From sequence record NC_031043.1: DNA of 64,000 nt. One strand, given 5' to 3'. Shown here piece after piece: positions 36,909 through 46,336 of this stretch (position 1 is its first letter; each line of letters begins with the position of its first letter). The translations under genes and the position numbers were made by a program. The notes under the pieces are model-generated. The model saw only the letters and a program-made list of their open reading frames with translations. It was not told the DNA's origin and searched no databases.

Positions 36909-36993
36909 CATTGTGATAAGAGCCATGTGTTCTTTACATCCCTAGTTTCCTTTAGTGAAACGTTTAGGGTTAAAACATCTATAGGAGAGTATC

Positions 36994-37953
36994 ATGGAAC
37001 AAGCATTGCGCGAATTAGTTAACACTGTTACAGAAGCTAACGTGACTGAATACCCTGCGATGGCCGCACAAGCATTCAGTAAAGAGTCGGGTTTAGACTG
37101 GGTAGTGACCGACACCACAGATGAATTAAACGAACAACAAATCCCTCAGTACGCCCAAAACCACGGACTGTCATGCGACCGTTCTTGGCAGAAGGGCGAG
37201 CTGTACACCACGTTCATCAAGCTCAACGCAGAATTAAACCGCGACGGTTCAAACCGGTTTAACTTTTACGGCTTCGAGCACGAAGATGTAAAGATGGTGA
37301 TAGTGCGCACCGACCCTAATAAAATGATAGTGGCTATTTTGGAACGGCAGTACGAAGACGCGTCTTTGGGCGAGGCACTGGGTCAGTTCTGGAATAAAAC
37401 ACGAAGCGAACGGTCAGCTGTTCAGACCCTAGAAAAGTTTCTTGTCGAACATACCGGTAAAGACTGGGCTGCTATGGGCGGTTCGGATAATCCCTTTTAT
37501 ACGGAGTCTGCGACCTTACTGTCGCTTACGTTTTTCGCCGAAGCTGAAAAATTATTGCTTGCCGAGTTACATCCCGTATTGAGCGCACTATACCCAAATA
37601 ACTGTTACTCAGTTCGTTTGTTACCTTCTTCAATTGGGTTTGGTAATGTCTGCAAGGTAGCGGTCACAGTCACGGGTAAAAATAAAAATGTGCGTTTTCA
37701 GTACACCAAGTCGTTTATAGGTGATTCTGAAACTACGCTTTACAGTACATTGGAAAGCATCACTGCTGCCATCCCTGATTCTGGGGAACGTAGCCGTAAC
37801 GAACCTGTGTATCTCATGTCGGCGAAAGCCACACGCTCTTTAGTAAGCGGTAGCAGTTTAGACCGTGTCCTTGACGACGTTCGCCACGTCGCAAAGCAGC
37901 AGGGATGGAGTGATGTGCAGGCTTATGGACATCAGCTGTTGTTCATTAGCTAA
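36994..37953 (+). CDS. Hypothetical protein (319 aa)
   Basis: Long ORF with an AGGAG SD; no motif recognised. Confidence 0.7.
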   Translation: MEQALRELVNTVTEANVTEYPAMAAQAFSKESGLDWVVTDTTDELNEQQIPQYAQNHGLSCDRSWQKGELYTTFIKLNAELNRDGSNRFNFYGFEHEDVKMVIVRTDPNKMIVAILERQYEDASLGEALGQFWNKTRSERSAVQTLEKFLVEHTGKDWAAMGGSDNPFYTESATLLSLTFFAEAEKLLLAELHPVLSALYPNNCYSVRLLPSSIGFGNVCKVAVTVTGKNKNVRFQYTKSFIGDSETTLYSTLESITAAIPDSGERSRNEPVYLMSAKATRSLVSGSSLDRVLDDVRHVAKQQGWSDVQAYGHQLLFIS

Positions 37954-38014
37954 AACTATAATGTCGGGCGGGATAACTCGCCCATTTAAGAAATTCGTTC
38001 ATAGGAGCATTGCC

Positions 38015-38302
38015 ATGTTTGACTTTATAAACAAGTTGGTTCTTGCCGCATCATTCGCTAACAAAGAGTCCGCAGATTACCTCCGTGCTAACACGGAACT
38101 GGGACGTTGGCTATTCCGCAGTGAGAAACGTATTAACCTTGATAAAGTTCAACGTTTAGTCAATGAAGACTACGACATTCGATTTATTCGACGTCATCCC
38201 GAGTGCGTGAAAGCCGCTCGCCAACCTGATGTTTGTAAGGGGGACGTTGTCATCATCAATCATAACGGAGCGGAGTTCGAGTTCGAATACCGCCTCGAAT
38301 AA
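38015..38302 (+). CDS. Hypothetical protein (about 95 aa)
   Basis: ATG at 38015 follows an AGGAG SD; the upstream extension in the ORF track overlaps the previous gene. Confidence 0.6.
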   Translation: MFDFINKLVLAASFANKESADYLRANTELGRWLFRSEKRINLDKVQRLVNEDYDIRFIRRHPECVKAARQPDVCKGDVVIINHNGAEFEFEYRLE

Positions 38303-38323
38303 TTAACTTATTTGGAGTGTGCT

Positions 38324-38893
38324 ATGCGTACTAAGATGTCCTTTGGCAGATCAATGTATCTGCGTGAAACAGTTGAAGACTATTCTGCAACTGAATTATG
38401 TGCTCTGATTAAATCGATTGAAACTAATCGTGAAGCACGAGTAGTAGCTCTCAACGGTACCCGTGAGATGCTTGAGGCTATCTTAAACGAGCCGCAGTTA
38501 AACTACTACATCCGTTCAAACTTTAAGTCGGTTATCGACGCAGTAGAAATGGGCCGTTGCAAGTTCAAGAAAGAACAAGCTCCCGCTCGCGCTACCGTGG
38601 TAGTGACCGACCACCATGAAGGTGTGCGGGTGGGCATTCTCGGAACCGAGATGTCTGTAGTAGTCCCTAGCGATTACGTCACCAAGTATGACGTAGCGGA
38701 GAATTCGATTGACGGTGTTGCATTCTACGCAGACCGCTTCGATTTCACATACACATTCCCGGTAGCAATTCAGTGCTACCACCCGTTAGTCAAAATGCTG
38801 CGTAGTGCTTCACAGCACCTTGAGTGTATTGAAGCATTCCGTTCACAAGAAGCTGCAGGCGTGATGGAGAATGCTCTCCGTCTTTTCGCCTGA
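38324..38893 (+). CDS. Hypothetical protein
   Basis: ATG at 38324 follows GGAG; no motif recognised. Confidence 0.6.
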   Translation: MRTKMSFGRSMYLRETVEDYSATELCALIKSIETNREARVVALNGTREMLEAILNEPQLNYYIRSNFKSVIDAVEMGRCKFKKEQAPARATVVVTDHHEGVRVGILGTEMSVVVPSDYVTKYDVAENSIDGVAFYADRFDFTYTFPVAIQCYHPLVKMLRSASQHLECIEAFRSQEAAGVMENALRLFA

Positions 38894-38918
38894 CCCTAGT
38901 ACCCGATGAGGAGTAATC

Positions 38919-39425
38919 ATGTTTACCTTTTCCCGACTGAACAAATTCACTGCTGTACAACTGTCTGCACTGGCATCTACCGTGTGTCAAATGCAGGATT
39001 TAGAACAACGCCTTCTTAATGGAAGCGGCCAAGATAGTGTTGAGAAGCTTGCGCGTCAAATCAACATTCATCTGTATAATGCCGCTCTCTATAGCGGTGC
39101 GTTTCACAAGTCGTTGTTTCAGCTGCCGATGGTTACCGCGTATCGTGATAACTACGGCCTCCCGTTCAATCGGGACTTCCCGCTACACCTCAACATCATT
39201 CGTTACATTGCATACAAGCCGCTGTTTGGCGACATTCGCATTCGTGACATTCAGTCTGGTGAAGAGTTCCGTAGTGTTGAAAAGGGCGTTCCATTGCTGG
39301 AGCGTACGGAAGGGGTATTCGTGTTTAAGGGTGGTAGGGTGTTAAACAATACGCCTTATGAAGATATCTCCGGATGCTTCGCGAAACCTGTTGATGTAGA
39401 AGATGAAGACCTTGTAATGGGATAA
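38919..39425 (+). CDS. Hypothetical protein (168 aa)
   Basis: GAGGAG SD; followed by a terminator. Confidence 0.65.
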   Translation: MFTFSRLNKFTAVQLSALASTVCQMQDLEQRLLNGSGQDSVEKLARQINIHLYNAALYSGAFHKSLFQLPMVTAYRDNYGLPFNRDFPLHLNIIRYIAYKPLFGDIRIRDIQSGEEFRSVEKGVPLLERTEGVFVFKGGRVLNNTPYEDISGCFAKPVDVEDEDLVMG

Positions 39426-39449
39426 CCAACGTTGGGCCCGTGTTGGGCT

Positions 39450-39478
39450 AAGGGTAGCGGATGCTACCCTTTTTTTAC
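39450..39478 (+). terminator. Intrinsic terminator
   Basis: AAGGGTAGC-GGAT-GCTACCCTT followed by a T-run. Confidence 0.75.
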
Positions 39479-39504
39479 CTTAATTCTAATCTGTGGAGTT
39501 TACC

Positions 39505-40326
39505 ATGAAAGACCATTTCCCAAAATTAAGTTTATCGCACGTTTTCCTGAATACCATGGAAATCCCTCATGCAAACCGCATTGCGGTAGCGCATGCCGTT
39601 AACGATTTACTCATCTCCCTCTTTGCTAATCCGGGTATTCCCGATACAGTTAAGCCCGAGCTGTGCGGTGAAGTGCGCATGGACAACCTGACCCAAGAAG
39701 AGTTCGATTATTTTCTTCGCTGTGACTCCGGGGTAACGGCATTCTTCAAAGAAAGTTTCCCGGAATTGACTGCCGCGTCTATCATTAACGATGGCTGCAT
39801 TGCCAAAACACCGGCGAAACAAAAGATAGCGGTTTATTTCGAAACCCGGAACAACTACACCATTCTTAAACCGGTCGGGTTCTCGACACGCAGTGGGGTG
39901 GTATACGAGCCTGATGAAACACGCGTGGGCGATTATTACAAACTACTGCTTGACAACTTTGTCTTCTTTGGACCAGATGCAAAATACGTTACTCATATCC
40001 CGCCAGCGGCGTACGAAGACTTAATGTTCTTACTGAATCATGAACATGACTATGCCGACGCGCTGCATGTACCTATCCCAGTTATTGCTACTGAAGCTAA
40101 GCTTCACATTGATAAATGTAATGAGCGGCGTAATAAAGGCGCTATCTTGGCACCGGCGTTACATGTGGCCATTGCGGCATTAAACGATACCGCTTCGCGA
40201 AAAGACATCACACGTTGGATTATCAGTGAGATGCTGCGCGATGAAGAAAGTTTCTTAACTGCCTGTGATATCTTAAAGGTTGATATCAACGGCGATGATA
40301 AAGCTCTTACGGTTCGTTACAAATAA
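39505..40326 (+). CDS. Hypothetical protein
   Basis: ATG at 39505 follows GGAG; no motif recognised. Confidence 0.6.
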   Translation: MKDHFPKLSLSHVFLNTMEIPHANRIAVAHAVNDLLISLFANPGIPDTVKPELCGEVRMDNLTQEEFDYFLRCDSGVTAFFKESFPELTAASIINDGCIAKTPAKQKIAVYFETRNNYTILKPVGFSTRSGVVYEPDETRVGDYYKLLLDNFVFFGPDAKYVTHIPPAAYEDLMFLLNHEHDYADALHVPIPVIATEAKLHIDKCNERRNKGAILAPALHVAIAALNDTASRKDITRWIISEMLRDEESFLTACDILKVDINGDDKALTVRYK

Positions 40327-40333
40327 AAAGCAG

Positions 40334-40368
40334 GGGTCTTCGGACCCTTTCTTTTTTTGTCTTTTTTT
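40334..40368 (+). terminator. Intrinsic terminator with a UUCG loop
   Basis: GGGTC-TTCG-GACCC followed by TTTCTTTTTTT. Confidence 0.8.
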
Positions 40369-40413
40369 ACGTATCGACCCTAAAGTATAGGGACTCACAG
40401 TGGCGCTAAAATC

Positions 40414-42927
40414 ATGCTAAAAGTAGAACGTATCATTTTAAAAGGGTTCACCGGAATGTCGTTACATGACATTGCCGAGTTTGACTTTACTATTAAAAGT
40501 CCAATTACCATCATCTTAGGTGGTAACGGCTCAGGGAAAACCAGTTTACTGTCCGTGTACTTACCGGTCTGCCCACCGAAAGAAGATTTCAAAGATGGGG
40601 GTTCTTACACCAACATCTGTTTAGTCAACGATACCCGTTACAAGTTCCATGTGAAACGTACCGGTAGCACGTTGCATTGCAGTATCACGAACATGACCAC
40701 CAAAGATGAAGTGGTCACTAATGTTAATCCGAAAGTGTACAATGCCAACGTACAGGATATCACTGGCCTGACCAAAGAGATTAAAGACATGCTCAACGGT
40801 GAGCTGTCGTTGACTCGTGCAGGTACGGCACAACGCCGCTCGTGGTTCACCCTGTTGTCTACTTCTGACTTGGGTTATGCGTTAGGTTTCTATACGCGTT
40901 TGCGTAAGCACCTGACTGCGCTAGGTAACCAGATTGATTACGTCCGTGGTAAGATTGCAGAAACCAAGACGCGGGTTGTGGAAGACACCGTTGAACGCGA
41001 AGTGTTGGAAACGCGTCTTAAGACGTTAGAAGATGAGATTAACCATCTGACGAACTCACTGGCGAATACTCCAGCAACTGACCCTAACATCGACCACGGT
41101 TATATCGAGTCGATTATTAAGGAAGCGGGTAGTGTCAGTCGTCACATTGTAGGTCAGGATAAACTTATCCCAACCGAAACTGATATAGGTTATCTGAATA
41201 ATGCAATTCGTCAGTACGGGGAATTGGTTTCTTCGTGGTCAGCGGTTTACGTTGAGCGTAATAAAGCACTGTGCGCTTTAGTGGATGAACAAAACCGTCA
41301 GGAATACCTGATGCGTGACCACCAAGGTTTACAGACCCAGATTGCAGATTTAAAAATGCATCTGGGCGGGTATGACATGCGTGACCGTTTATACCCGGCG
41401 CTGTACGAATCTTTCTTTGATGCTGAACATTTACAGGGTGCGGCTAAGACAGCACAGGAGTTCACCTACACACTGCAGACCAATGTGGATGGACTTACTA
41501 CCCGAGACACGTTAAAGGTCTTACAAGAGCGTGTAGGGCCTCTGGATGAACAGATTGTGGCAGTTACAAATCACATCGTTCGTTTAGAGCGTTTATTGGG
41601 TGAAGACCAGACCATGTTGCAGCATCTCCGTGACACGGATGAGGTTAGCTGTCCGAATTGTACACACACCTTTAAACCGGGCGTGGGTAAACTCACCGAA
41701 GCGGACTTACTGCAACGTATTGATGCCGGTACTAAGCACAAAGCTGCCAAGACCCTTGAACTTGACGATGCGAAACGTGTTCGGGGTGAAATCTTAGAAG
41801 AGATGAAACGTCTGCAGACCATTCGTGAATTGGTACTGACGTATTCCCGTGACCCGATTCTGAGTCACCTCTTTAAGAAGCTCTCCGAAGAAGATGCGTT
41901 CCGTGTTAACCGTCAACGTTTCGGTGCATTGATTCAGGCCTTCTTTGAAGAGATTACCGATGCTACGGTTTATGCTCGTACTGCTCAACAACTGCAGAAG
42001 GCGGAGAAAGAGTGGGAAGAGCTGGCTCGGGCGAAGGGTAACATTGACACCACCTTAGCAGACCGTGTGGCTGTTCAACGTGAAGCGGTTGATGAAGCTC
42101 TGCGTGAGAAGTACCGTATCGAGAATGAACTCAGTGAAGCGAAGACTCGTTTGGACAAGCACATGCAGGTGGATGCGGCCAGTAAACGTTTCGTGGAGTT
42201 GGAGAAGAAGCTGACTAACGCGGTACGCTTACACGCAAACAACCTTGCCGTGAAGCAAGTGGAAGACCATCGTGCGATGCGTTGGGACCAGTATTCAGTT
42301 GCCCGTGAACGTTTCCGTATCATGCAACAGGAACTGGACAAGCTGTTGGAGATGGAGAAGGAGTTAGAACGACTGGTCTCCCATCAGCACAATGCTAAGT
42401 TAATGGTACAAAGCTTCTCTCCTGAAAAGGGTGTGTTGCGTCGTTACTTCTTTAACTCAATTGCACGTGTGACTGAGATGATGTCCAAGTACATTGAACA
42501 CGTCTGGTCTTATCCAATGAAGGTCTTGCCGTGCGACATGTCCGAAGGTGAACTGGACTATCGTTTCCCGTACACTCTGAAAGACAACCCAGAACCGGTA
42601 TTCGATATCTGTAAAGGGTCAGCAGCACAGCGCGATATCTTTGACTTGGCGTTTCGTCTGACTGGTTACCGTGCTTTAGGCCTCGAACAGTTTCCTTTAT
42701 TACTCGATGAGCCGGGTGCCACGTTTGATGAACACCACCGTAATGAACTGGTTGACTTTGTGAAGATGCTGTTGAACTCCGGACAGTTCTCACAAATCAT
42801 TGTCATCTCTCACAACTCAGAAGTTCACTCGAAGTTATCTGGGGCGGACTACTGCGTATTAGAGTCTGACGGGATTACCCCTCCGCCGGTTTATAATCAA
42901 CATGTGAAGGTGACTTACAATGAGTAG
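40414..42927 (+). CDS. sbcC: SbcC/Rad50-like SMC ATPase
   Basis: Walker A GGNGSGKTS, long coiled coils, central CPNC zinc hook, degenerate ABC signature CKGSAAQ, Walker B/D-loop LLLDEPGATFD, H-loop IISH. Confidence 0.9.
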   Translation: MLKVERIILKGFTGMSLHDIAEFDFTIKSPITIILGGNGSGKTSLLSVYLPVCPPKEDFKDGGSYTNICLVNDTRYKFHVKRTGSTLHCSITNMTTKDEVVTNVNPKVYNANVQDITGLTKEIKDMLNGELSLTRAGTAQRRSWFTLLSTSDLGYALGFYTRLRKHLTALGNQIDYVRGKIAETKTRVVEDTVEREVLETRLKTLEDEINHLTNSLANTPATDPNIDHGYIESIIKEAGSVSRHIVGQDKLIPTETDIGYLNNAIRQYGELVSSWSAVYVERNKALCALVDEQNRQEYLMRDHQGLQTQIADLKMHLGGYDMRDRLYPALYESFFDAEHLQGAAKTAQEFTYTLQTNVDGLTTRDTLKVLQERVGPLDEQIVAVTNHIVRLERLLGEDQTMLQHLRDTDEVSCPNCTHTFKPGVGKLTEADLLQRIDAGTKHKAAKTLELDDAKRVRGEILEEMKRLQTIRELVLTYSRDPILSHLFKKLSEEDAFRVNRQRFGALIQAFFEEITDATVYARTAQQLQKAEKEWEELARAKGNIDTTLADRVAVQREAVDEALREKYRIENELSEAKTRLDKHMQVDAASKRFVELEKKLTNAVRLHANNLAVKQVEDHRAMRWDQYSVARERFRIMQQELDKLLEMEKELERLVSHQHNAKLMVQSFSPEKGVLRRYFFNSIARVTEMMSKYIEHVWSYPMKVLPCDMSEGELDYRFPYTLKDNPEPVFDICKGSAAQRDIFDLAFRLTGYRALGLEQFPLLLDEPGATFDEHHRNELVDFVKMLLNSGQFSQIIVISHNSEVHSKLSGADYCVLESDGITPPPVYNQHVKVTYNE

Positions 42928-43111
42928 TGTTGCTACCACAGCGGCAGTCTCTGGAATGAATGCAACCATCATTTCCAACAACATGATGCAATCCGCAGGC
43001 GGTGGGGATGAAGTTATATCCGTACTCGTCCTGTACGTGGTATTGATTATTGTGACGGCTGTCATTTTTGTTGTGGAGATACTTTTAATGATAATGGCGG
43101 CGAACTCGTAA
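42920..43111 (+). CDS. Small predicted membrane protein (63 aa)
   Basis: ATGA-type overlap with the sbcC end; a hydrophobic run of about 28 residues. Confidence 0.45.
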   Translation: MSSVATTAAVSGMNATIISNNMMQSAGGGDEVISVLVLYVVLIIVTAVIFVVEILLMIMAANS

Positions 43112-43213
43112 ATGAATATCATGACGTTAATCGGCAGAGTGTTGAAGTTTATTTTCATGTCTATGTTCAGAAAGAAGAAAGACGACAAAGGCCAACCAAA
43201 AGATTTTGAATAA
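43112..43213 (+). CDS. Small peptide (33 aa; below the ORF-track cut-off)
   Basis: ATG immediately after the previous stop; reads MNIMTLIGRVLKFIFMSMFRKKKDDKGQPKDFE. Confidence 0.35.
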   Translation: MNIMTLIGRVLKFIFMSMFRKKKDDKGQPKDFE

Positions 43214-43233
43214 ACCGCGGTAGATTAATTTTG

Positions 43234-43246
43234 AGATATATATCAT
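43234..43246 (+). promoter_or_regulatory. Candidate early promoter
   Basis: AGATATATATCAT preceded by TAATTTTG, near-identical to the 36896 site and its TAATTTC context. Confidence 0.5.
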
Positions 43247-43278
43247 CTTCATGCTAATCAATCCATTTGGAGCTAATC

Positions 43279-44007
43279 ATGTCTTATTCTTTTCTCGAGC
43301 GGTATGAAGATGAATTGAATGACTCAAACCGTAGTAGCTGGGACGACCAATATCGCCAGTTCTTTTCGGCGAAAGTTGTTAACGGTAACTATTACTTTGC
43401 GGTAATGTGTGACCTGAAAATCAAAGACCGAATGATGCGGGCTTTGGATATGTGGCATCAGCGTTGGGGGCATGGGGAAAACCCAACATCCAGATATGTC
43501 GCAACGTGGGATGAGCATCGCATGCGTGAACTGTACGAGAAAGCGCTCATGCATAATCCGTTCGATGAGGTATTATTTCTGGATGCGCTACAACATCACC
43601 TCAACGGCAACTTAAGGTTCTCGAAGGTAGCTCTGCCTGCTTGGAAGGTATCCCCTGATGGGCACTATTGGGACATGCCTAATAAACTCATGGCTATTAT
43701 GCGTGAAATTTGGGATGGTGAGCGCTCCCGCAAAATAGATTTGTGGCACGATAAACTCCACACGTCCTTCCGTTTCCACCGCTGCCATTATTTCATCTAT
43801 CAACCCGAACCTAAGCTGTGGTTTGAGTTAATTCAACGCGCTATTCCTTCTTACGTCAAAGGCCGTTTGTATGCATACCTCAAACATCGAGACATGAGCG
43901 TACTGCAAGAGCCCGCGATGCGCGAAACATTAAACGCGCTAGTGTCAAACCGTAAACCTGGAAAAGCGAGTGCACTAAAACAATGGAAGGCTATACAGCA
44001 GAAATAG
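43279..44007 (+). CDS. Hypothetical Trp/His-rich protein
   Basis: ATG at 43279 follows GGAG; no motif recognised. Confidence 0.65.
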   Translation: MSYSFLERYEDELNDSNRSSWDDQYRQFFSAKVVNGNYYFAVMCDLKIKDRMMRALDMWHQRWGHGENPTSRYVATWDEHRMRELYEKALMHNPFDEVLFLDALQHHLNGNLRFSKVALPAWKVSPDGHYWDMPNKLMAIMREIWDGERSRKIDLWHDKLHTSFRFHRCHYFIYQPEPKLWFELIQRAIPSYVKGRLYAYLKHRDMSVLQEPAMRETLNALVSNRKPGKASALKQWKAIQQK

Positions 44008-44091
44008 TTGGGAGCGTGTTATTCATCGCGCTGTCTTTTACTTTTATGTACATTATTCATCGACGTGATAAAAAGAAACGAGGTAAGAATC

Positions 44092-44232
44092 GTGAGAAAC
44101 CCTAAGATTATTTTTGGTGTGGTGATGCTCGCCTTATTCCTGATGAAACAGTGGTGGCTGTTCCTGCCGATGTTCGGCTTTGCGTTAGGCTACTCTCTGC
44201 GTCGAGAAATCGACCGCGAGGATAAACAGTGA
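44092..44232 (+). CDS. Small membrane protein (46 aa)
   Basis: GTG at 44092 follows GAGG; one or two hydrophobic segments and a charged C-terminus; stop overlaps the next GTG. Confidence 0.5.
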   Translation: MRNPKIIFGVVMLALFLMKQWWLFLPMFGFALGYSLRREIDREDKQ

Positions 44233-44531
44233 ACCCGCAGTTTACGCCGGTGAAAAACCCGGCATTATTGCCCGTCGTCATTAGACGTCCACAGCTGCCT
44301 TCTGCGGACTTTGATGGGGATTCTCCGTCCATACCGTTCCGTACCTCTTACCGTGACCGTTTGGTTGCTTTCGCAAGGACACTGTATCCCGCGATAGTCG
44401 TTATAGCTAGAGCGTACCGAGATATAACTAACAACCCGGCCTTTATTCGTGCTGTGCATATTGCGCACAAAAAGAAACGGCTGAAAAATCAAAGACGACG
44501 TCGCAAAACTAAAGCGATGCGTAAAAAGTAA
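44229..44531 (+). CDS. Hypothetical protein with a highly basic C-terminus
   Basis: GTGA overlap; ends KKKRLKNQRRRRKTKAMRKK. Confidence 0.55.
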   Translation: MNPQFTPVKNPALLPVVIRRPQLPSADFDGDSPSIPFRTSYRDRLVAFARTLYPAIVVIARAYRDITNNPAFIRAVHIAHKKKRLKNQRRRRKTKAMRKK

Positions 44532-44576
44532 TAATCCAAAAGACATATCTATCAATCATACCGTGGAGTATTTAAA

Positions 44577-45188
44577 ATGAACGATGAAAAGAAAGAATCC
44601 TTATCTGCAGCTGCGTCTTTAATGCAACCTAGAACGCCGGAAGAGCAGAAGAACTGGTGGTCTGAACGCAAACGCGGTGTCGAAGTCGTGATTACACCGG
44701 AACTTGCTAATGACCCGAAAGCAGCGAAGATGATTAAATTGATGGAAGCTACAGGTGCTACTATCCATATCGGATGTTCTGAAACCATGGACATTGACGG
44801 TAACATTGCTCAAGCGGTTACGCAGAAGCAGCTTAGCGATATCCGCATGCTAATGCATAACGGCGTGGCCGGAGCTTTCCGTTCCTCAGACCAGTCAGAG
44901 CCGGTACGGTGGCGGGGCGAGACTGAACTTTCACGTTTCGATTTAAACAGCGGAATCTATGAGCGTTCCCCGATGGTTAAAACCGGGGCAATCGATTTTG
45001 ATGCGCTGTTAGACCCGCAAGGTATTCTGGCTAAAACTTCCCCGGCGCGTGAACGGATGTGTGGCCAGTACGGCAATGCATTCCACCACTATACTCCTGA
45101 GTATCTACGTGAGCGAGCCATGACTCGTAAAGCTAAACGTCTTAAGAACCAGCGCCGTCGTCGTAACGCGAAGGCACGGAGAAAATAA
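44577..45188 (+). CDS. Hypothetical protein with a highly basic C-terminus
   Basis: GGAG SD; ends KAKRLKNQRRRRNAKARRK. Confidence 0.65.
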   Translation: MNDEKKESLSAAASLMQPRTPEEQKNWWSERKRGVEVVITPELANDPKAAKMIKLMEATGATIHIGCSETMDIDGNIAQAVTQKQLSDIRMLMHNGVAGAFRSSDQSEPVRWRGETELSRFDLNSGIYERSPMVKTGAIDFDALLDPQGILAKTSPARERMCGQYGNAFHHYTPEYLRERAMTRKAKRLKNQRRRRNAKARRK

Positions 45189-45364
45189 TGGAAAAGGAAT
45201 TTCAGCTACAGCCGATACCGTTTATCGTACGTCCTCCCGAGGAAGAAGCTGTTCTCCGTTATCGCACTGTCGTTAAGATAGGCGATAAAGATTACATCAT
45301 GTATACGCCGGGTCCTCAAGACTCCACGTCGACGCTGGTTAAGGTGAAAGTAAATGACTGCTGA
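45188..45364 (+). CDS. Small hypothetical protein (58 aa; below the ORF-track cut-off)
   Basis: TAATG stop/start coupling with the previous gene; reads MEKEFQLQPIPFIVRPPEEEAVLRY..KVKVNDC and fills the gap exactly. Confidence 0.55.
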   Translation: MEKEFQLQPIPFIVRPPEEEAVLRYRTVVKIGDKDYIMYTPGPQDSTSTLVKVKVNDC

Positions 45365-45551
45365 TACGATTATCTTGTTTCAAAAGTTTCTGTGCGTCTT
45401 AAGCATAGGCGTTGCATTAATTGTACTGGCACTTGCGGTCGTGGTGCTGATTGATAAACTCCGTAACAAACCGGCAGATGTAGAGGAAGAGGGTTCTAGC
45501 GATGACAATGACGTGGCACACGAAGCACGAACATTACCACACTCTGAATAA
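45354..45551 (+). CDS. Small single-pass membrane protein (65 aa)
   Basis: Hydrophobic LCVLSIGVALIVLALAVVVLI segment followed by an acidic tail. Confidence 0.55.
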   Translation: MTADTIILFQKFLCVLSIGVALIVLALAVVVLIDKLRNKPADVEEEGSSDDNDVAHEARTLPHSE

Positions 45552-45819
45552 TGAAATTGCTGAGTGGGCAAAAACGCATGTCGGTGAGCGTTGGGATTTA
45601 GAAACCACTTACACTTTTATTTGGTTTGATGGTGAGGAACATCTGTTCCGTGAAGATGTACGTGAGAAGATACTGAAGAAGATGGCGGGACACCCACCTA
45701 TTCCGGCTACCCACCGTCGTCTTTACAACCTGTATCAAAACTACAATCACGCACCGGCGAAAACGTACTTCACGTACATTGATGTACCGGCCGAAGACTG
45801 TTATCAGAAAGAGCGTTAA
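45502..45819 (+). CDS. Hypothetical protein
   Basis: ORF filling the gap before the macrodomain gene; start uncertain. Confidence 0.45.
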   Translation: MTMTWHTKHEHYHTLNNEIAEWAKTHVGERWDLETTYTFIWFDGEEHLFREDVREKILKKMAGHPPIPATHRRLYNLYQNYNHAPAKTYFTYIDVPAEDCYQKER

Positions 45820-45821
45820 TC

Positions 45822-46319
45822 ATGTCTTCATTAAAGTTTCTTCGCGAAACCGATATTGGTGGGGATTTGTTCAATGCACCAGAAACGTATAAAGTCGTGA
45901 CGGTGAATCAGGTAGGTGCAATGGGTCGGGGCATTGCACTAGCCTGTAAAGAACGATACCCTATCGTATATCAGAAGTACCGCAAGGCCTGTCGTGAGAA
46001 ACTTTATTTCCCCGACCGTGTGATGACGTTCCCTGATGAAAAGGTTATCCTACTTGCCACAAAGAACGATTGGAAAGACGCCTCAACTGTGGAGATTCTT
46101 TATCGGAGTCTCCATGGATTGAGAAACGAACTCCCGTCGTTAAACGCCTCCGTTGCCCTTCCGCCTTTAGGAATGGTTAACGGGTGGCTGAAGAAATCTC
46201 AGCGTGCTGAGGTTTTTTCTTTGCTCGTTGAGCTATTCCATCGACAAGAATGTGAGGTCCGTATGTACTTGCCAGACGTTTTGTATGAGGAGGTACATGC
46301 GCTTTATCAATCCAAATAG
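45822..46319 (+). CDS. Macrodomain protein (DarG/Poa1p-like ADP-ribosylhydrolase)
   Basis: GDLF..VNQVGAMGRGIALACKERYP and SVALPPLGMVNG match the macrodomain consensus VNxvGvMGkGIAxxfKxxyP and SiAxPxlGxgnG. Confidence 0.8.
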   Translation: MSSLKFLRETDIGGDLFNAPETYKVVTVNQVGAMGRGIALACKERYPIVYQKYRKACREKLYFPDRVMTFPDEKVILLATKNDWKDASTVEILYRSLHGLRNELPSLNASVALPPLGMVNGWLKKSQRAEVFSLLVELFHRQECEVRMYLPDVLYEEVHALYQSK

Positions 46320-46323
46320 GCAT

Positions 46324-46336
46324 GGATATATATTCT
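46324..46336 (+). promoter_or_regulatory. Candidate promoter (TATATT motif)
   Basis: GGATATATATTCT, intergenic and upstream of the transglycosylase gene. Confidence 0.35.

Noticed and set aside
35254-38914. 13-nt repeat CCCGATGAGGAGT at 35254 and 38902
   Set aside because: Only two copies, one a terminator loop and the other an SD region; plausible by chance or shared SD content.
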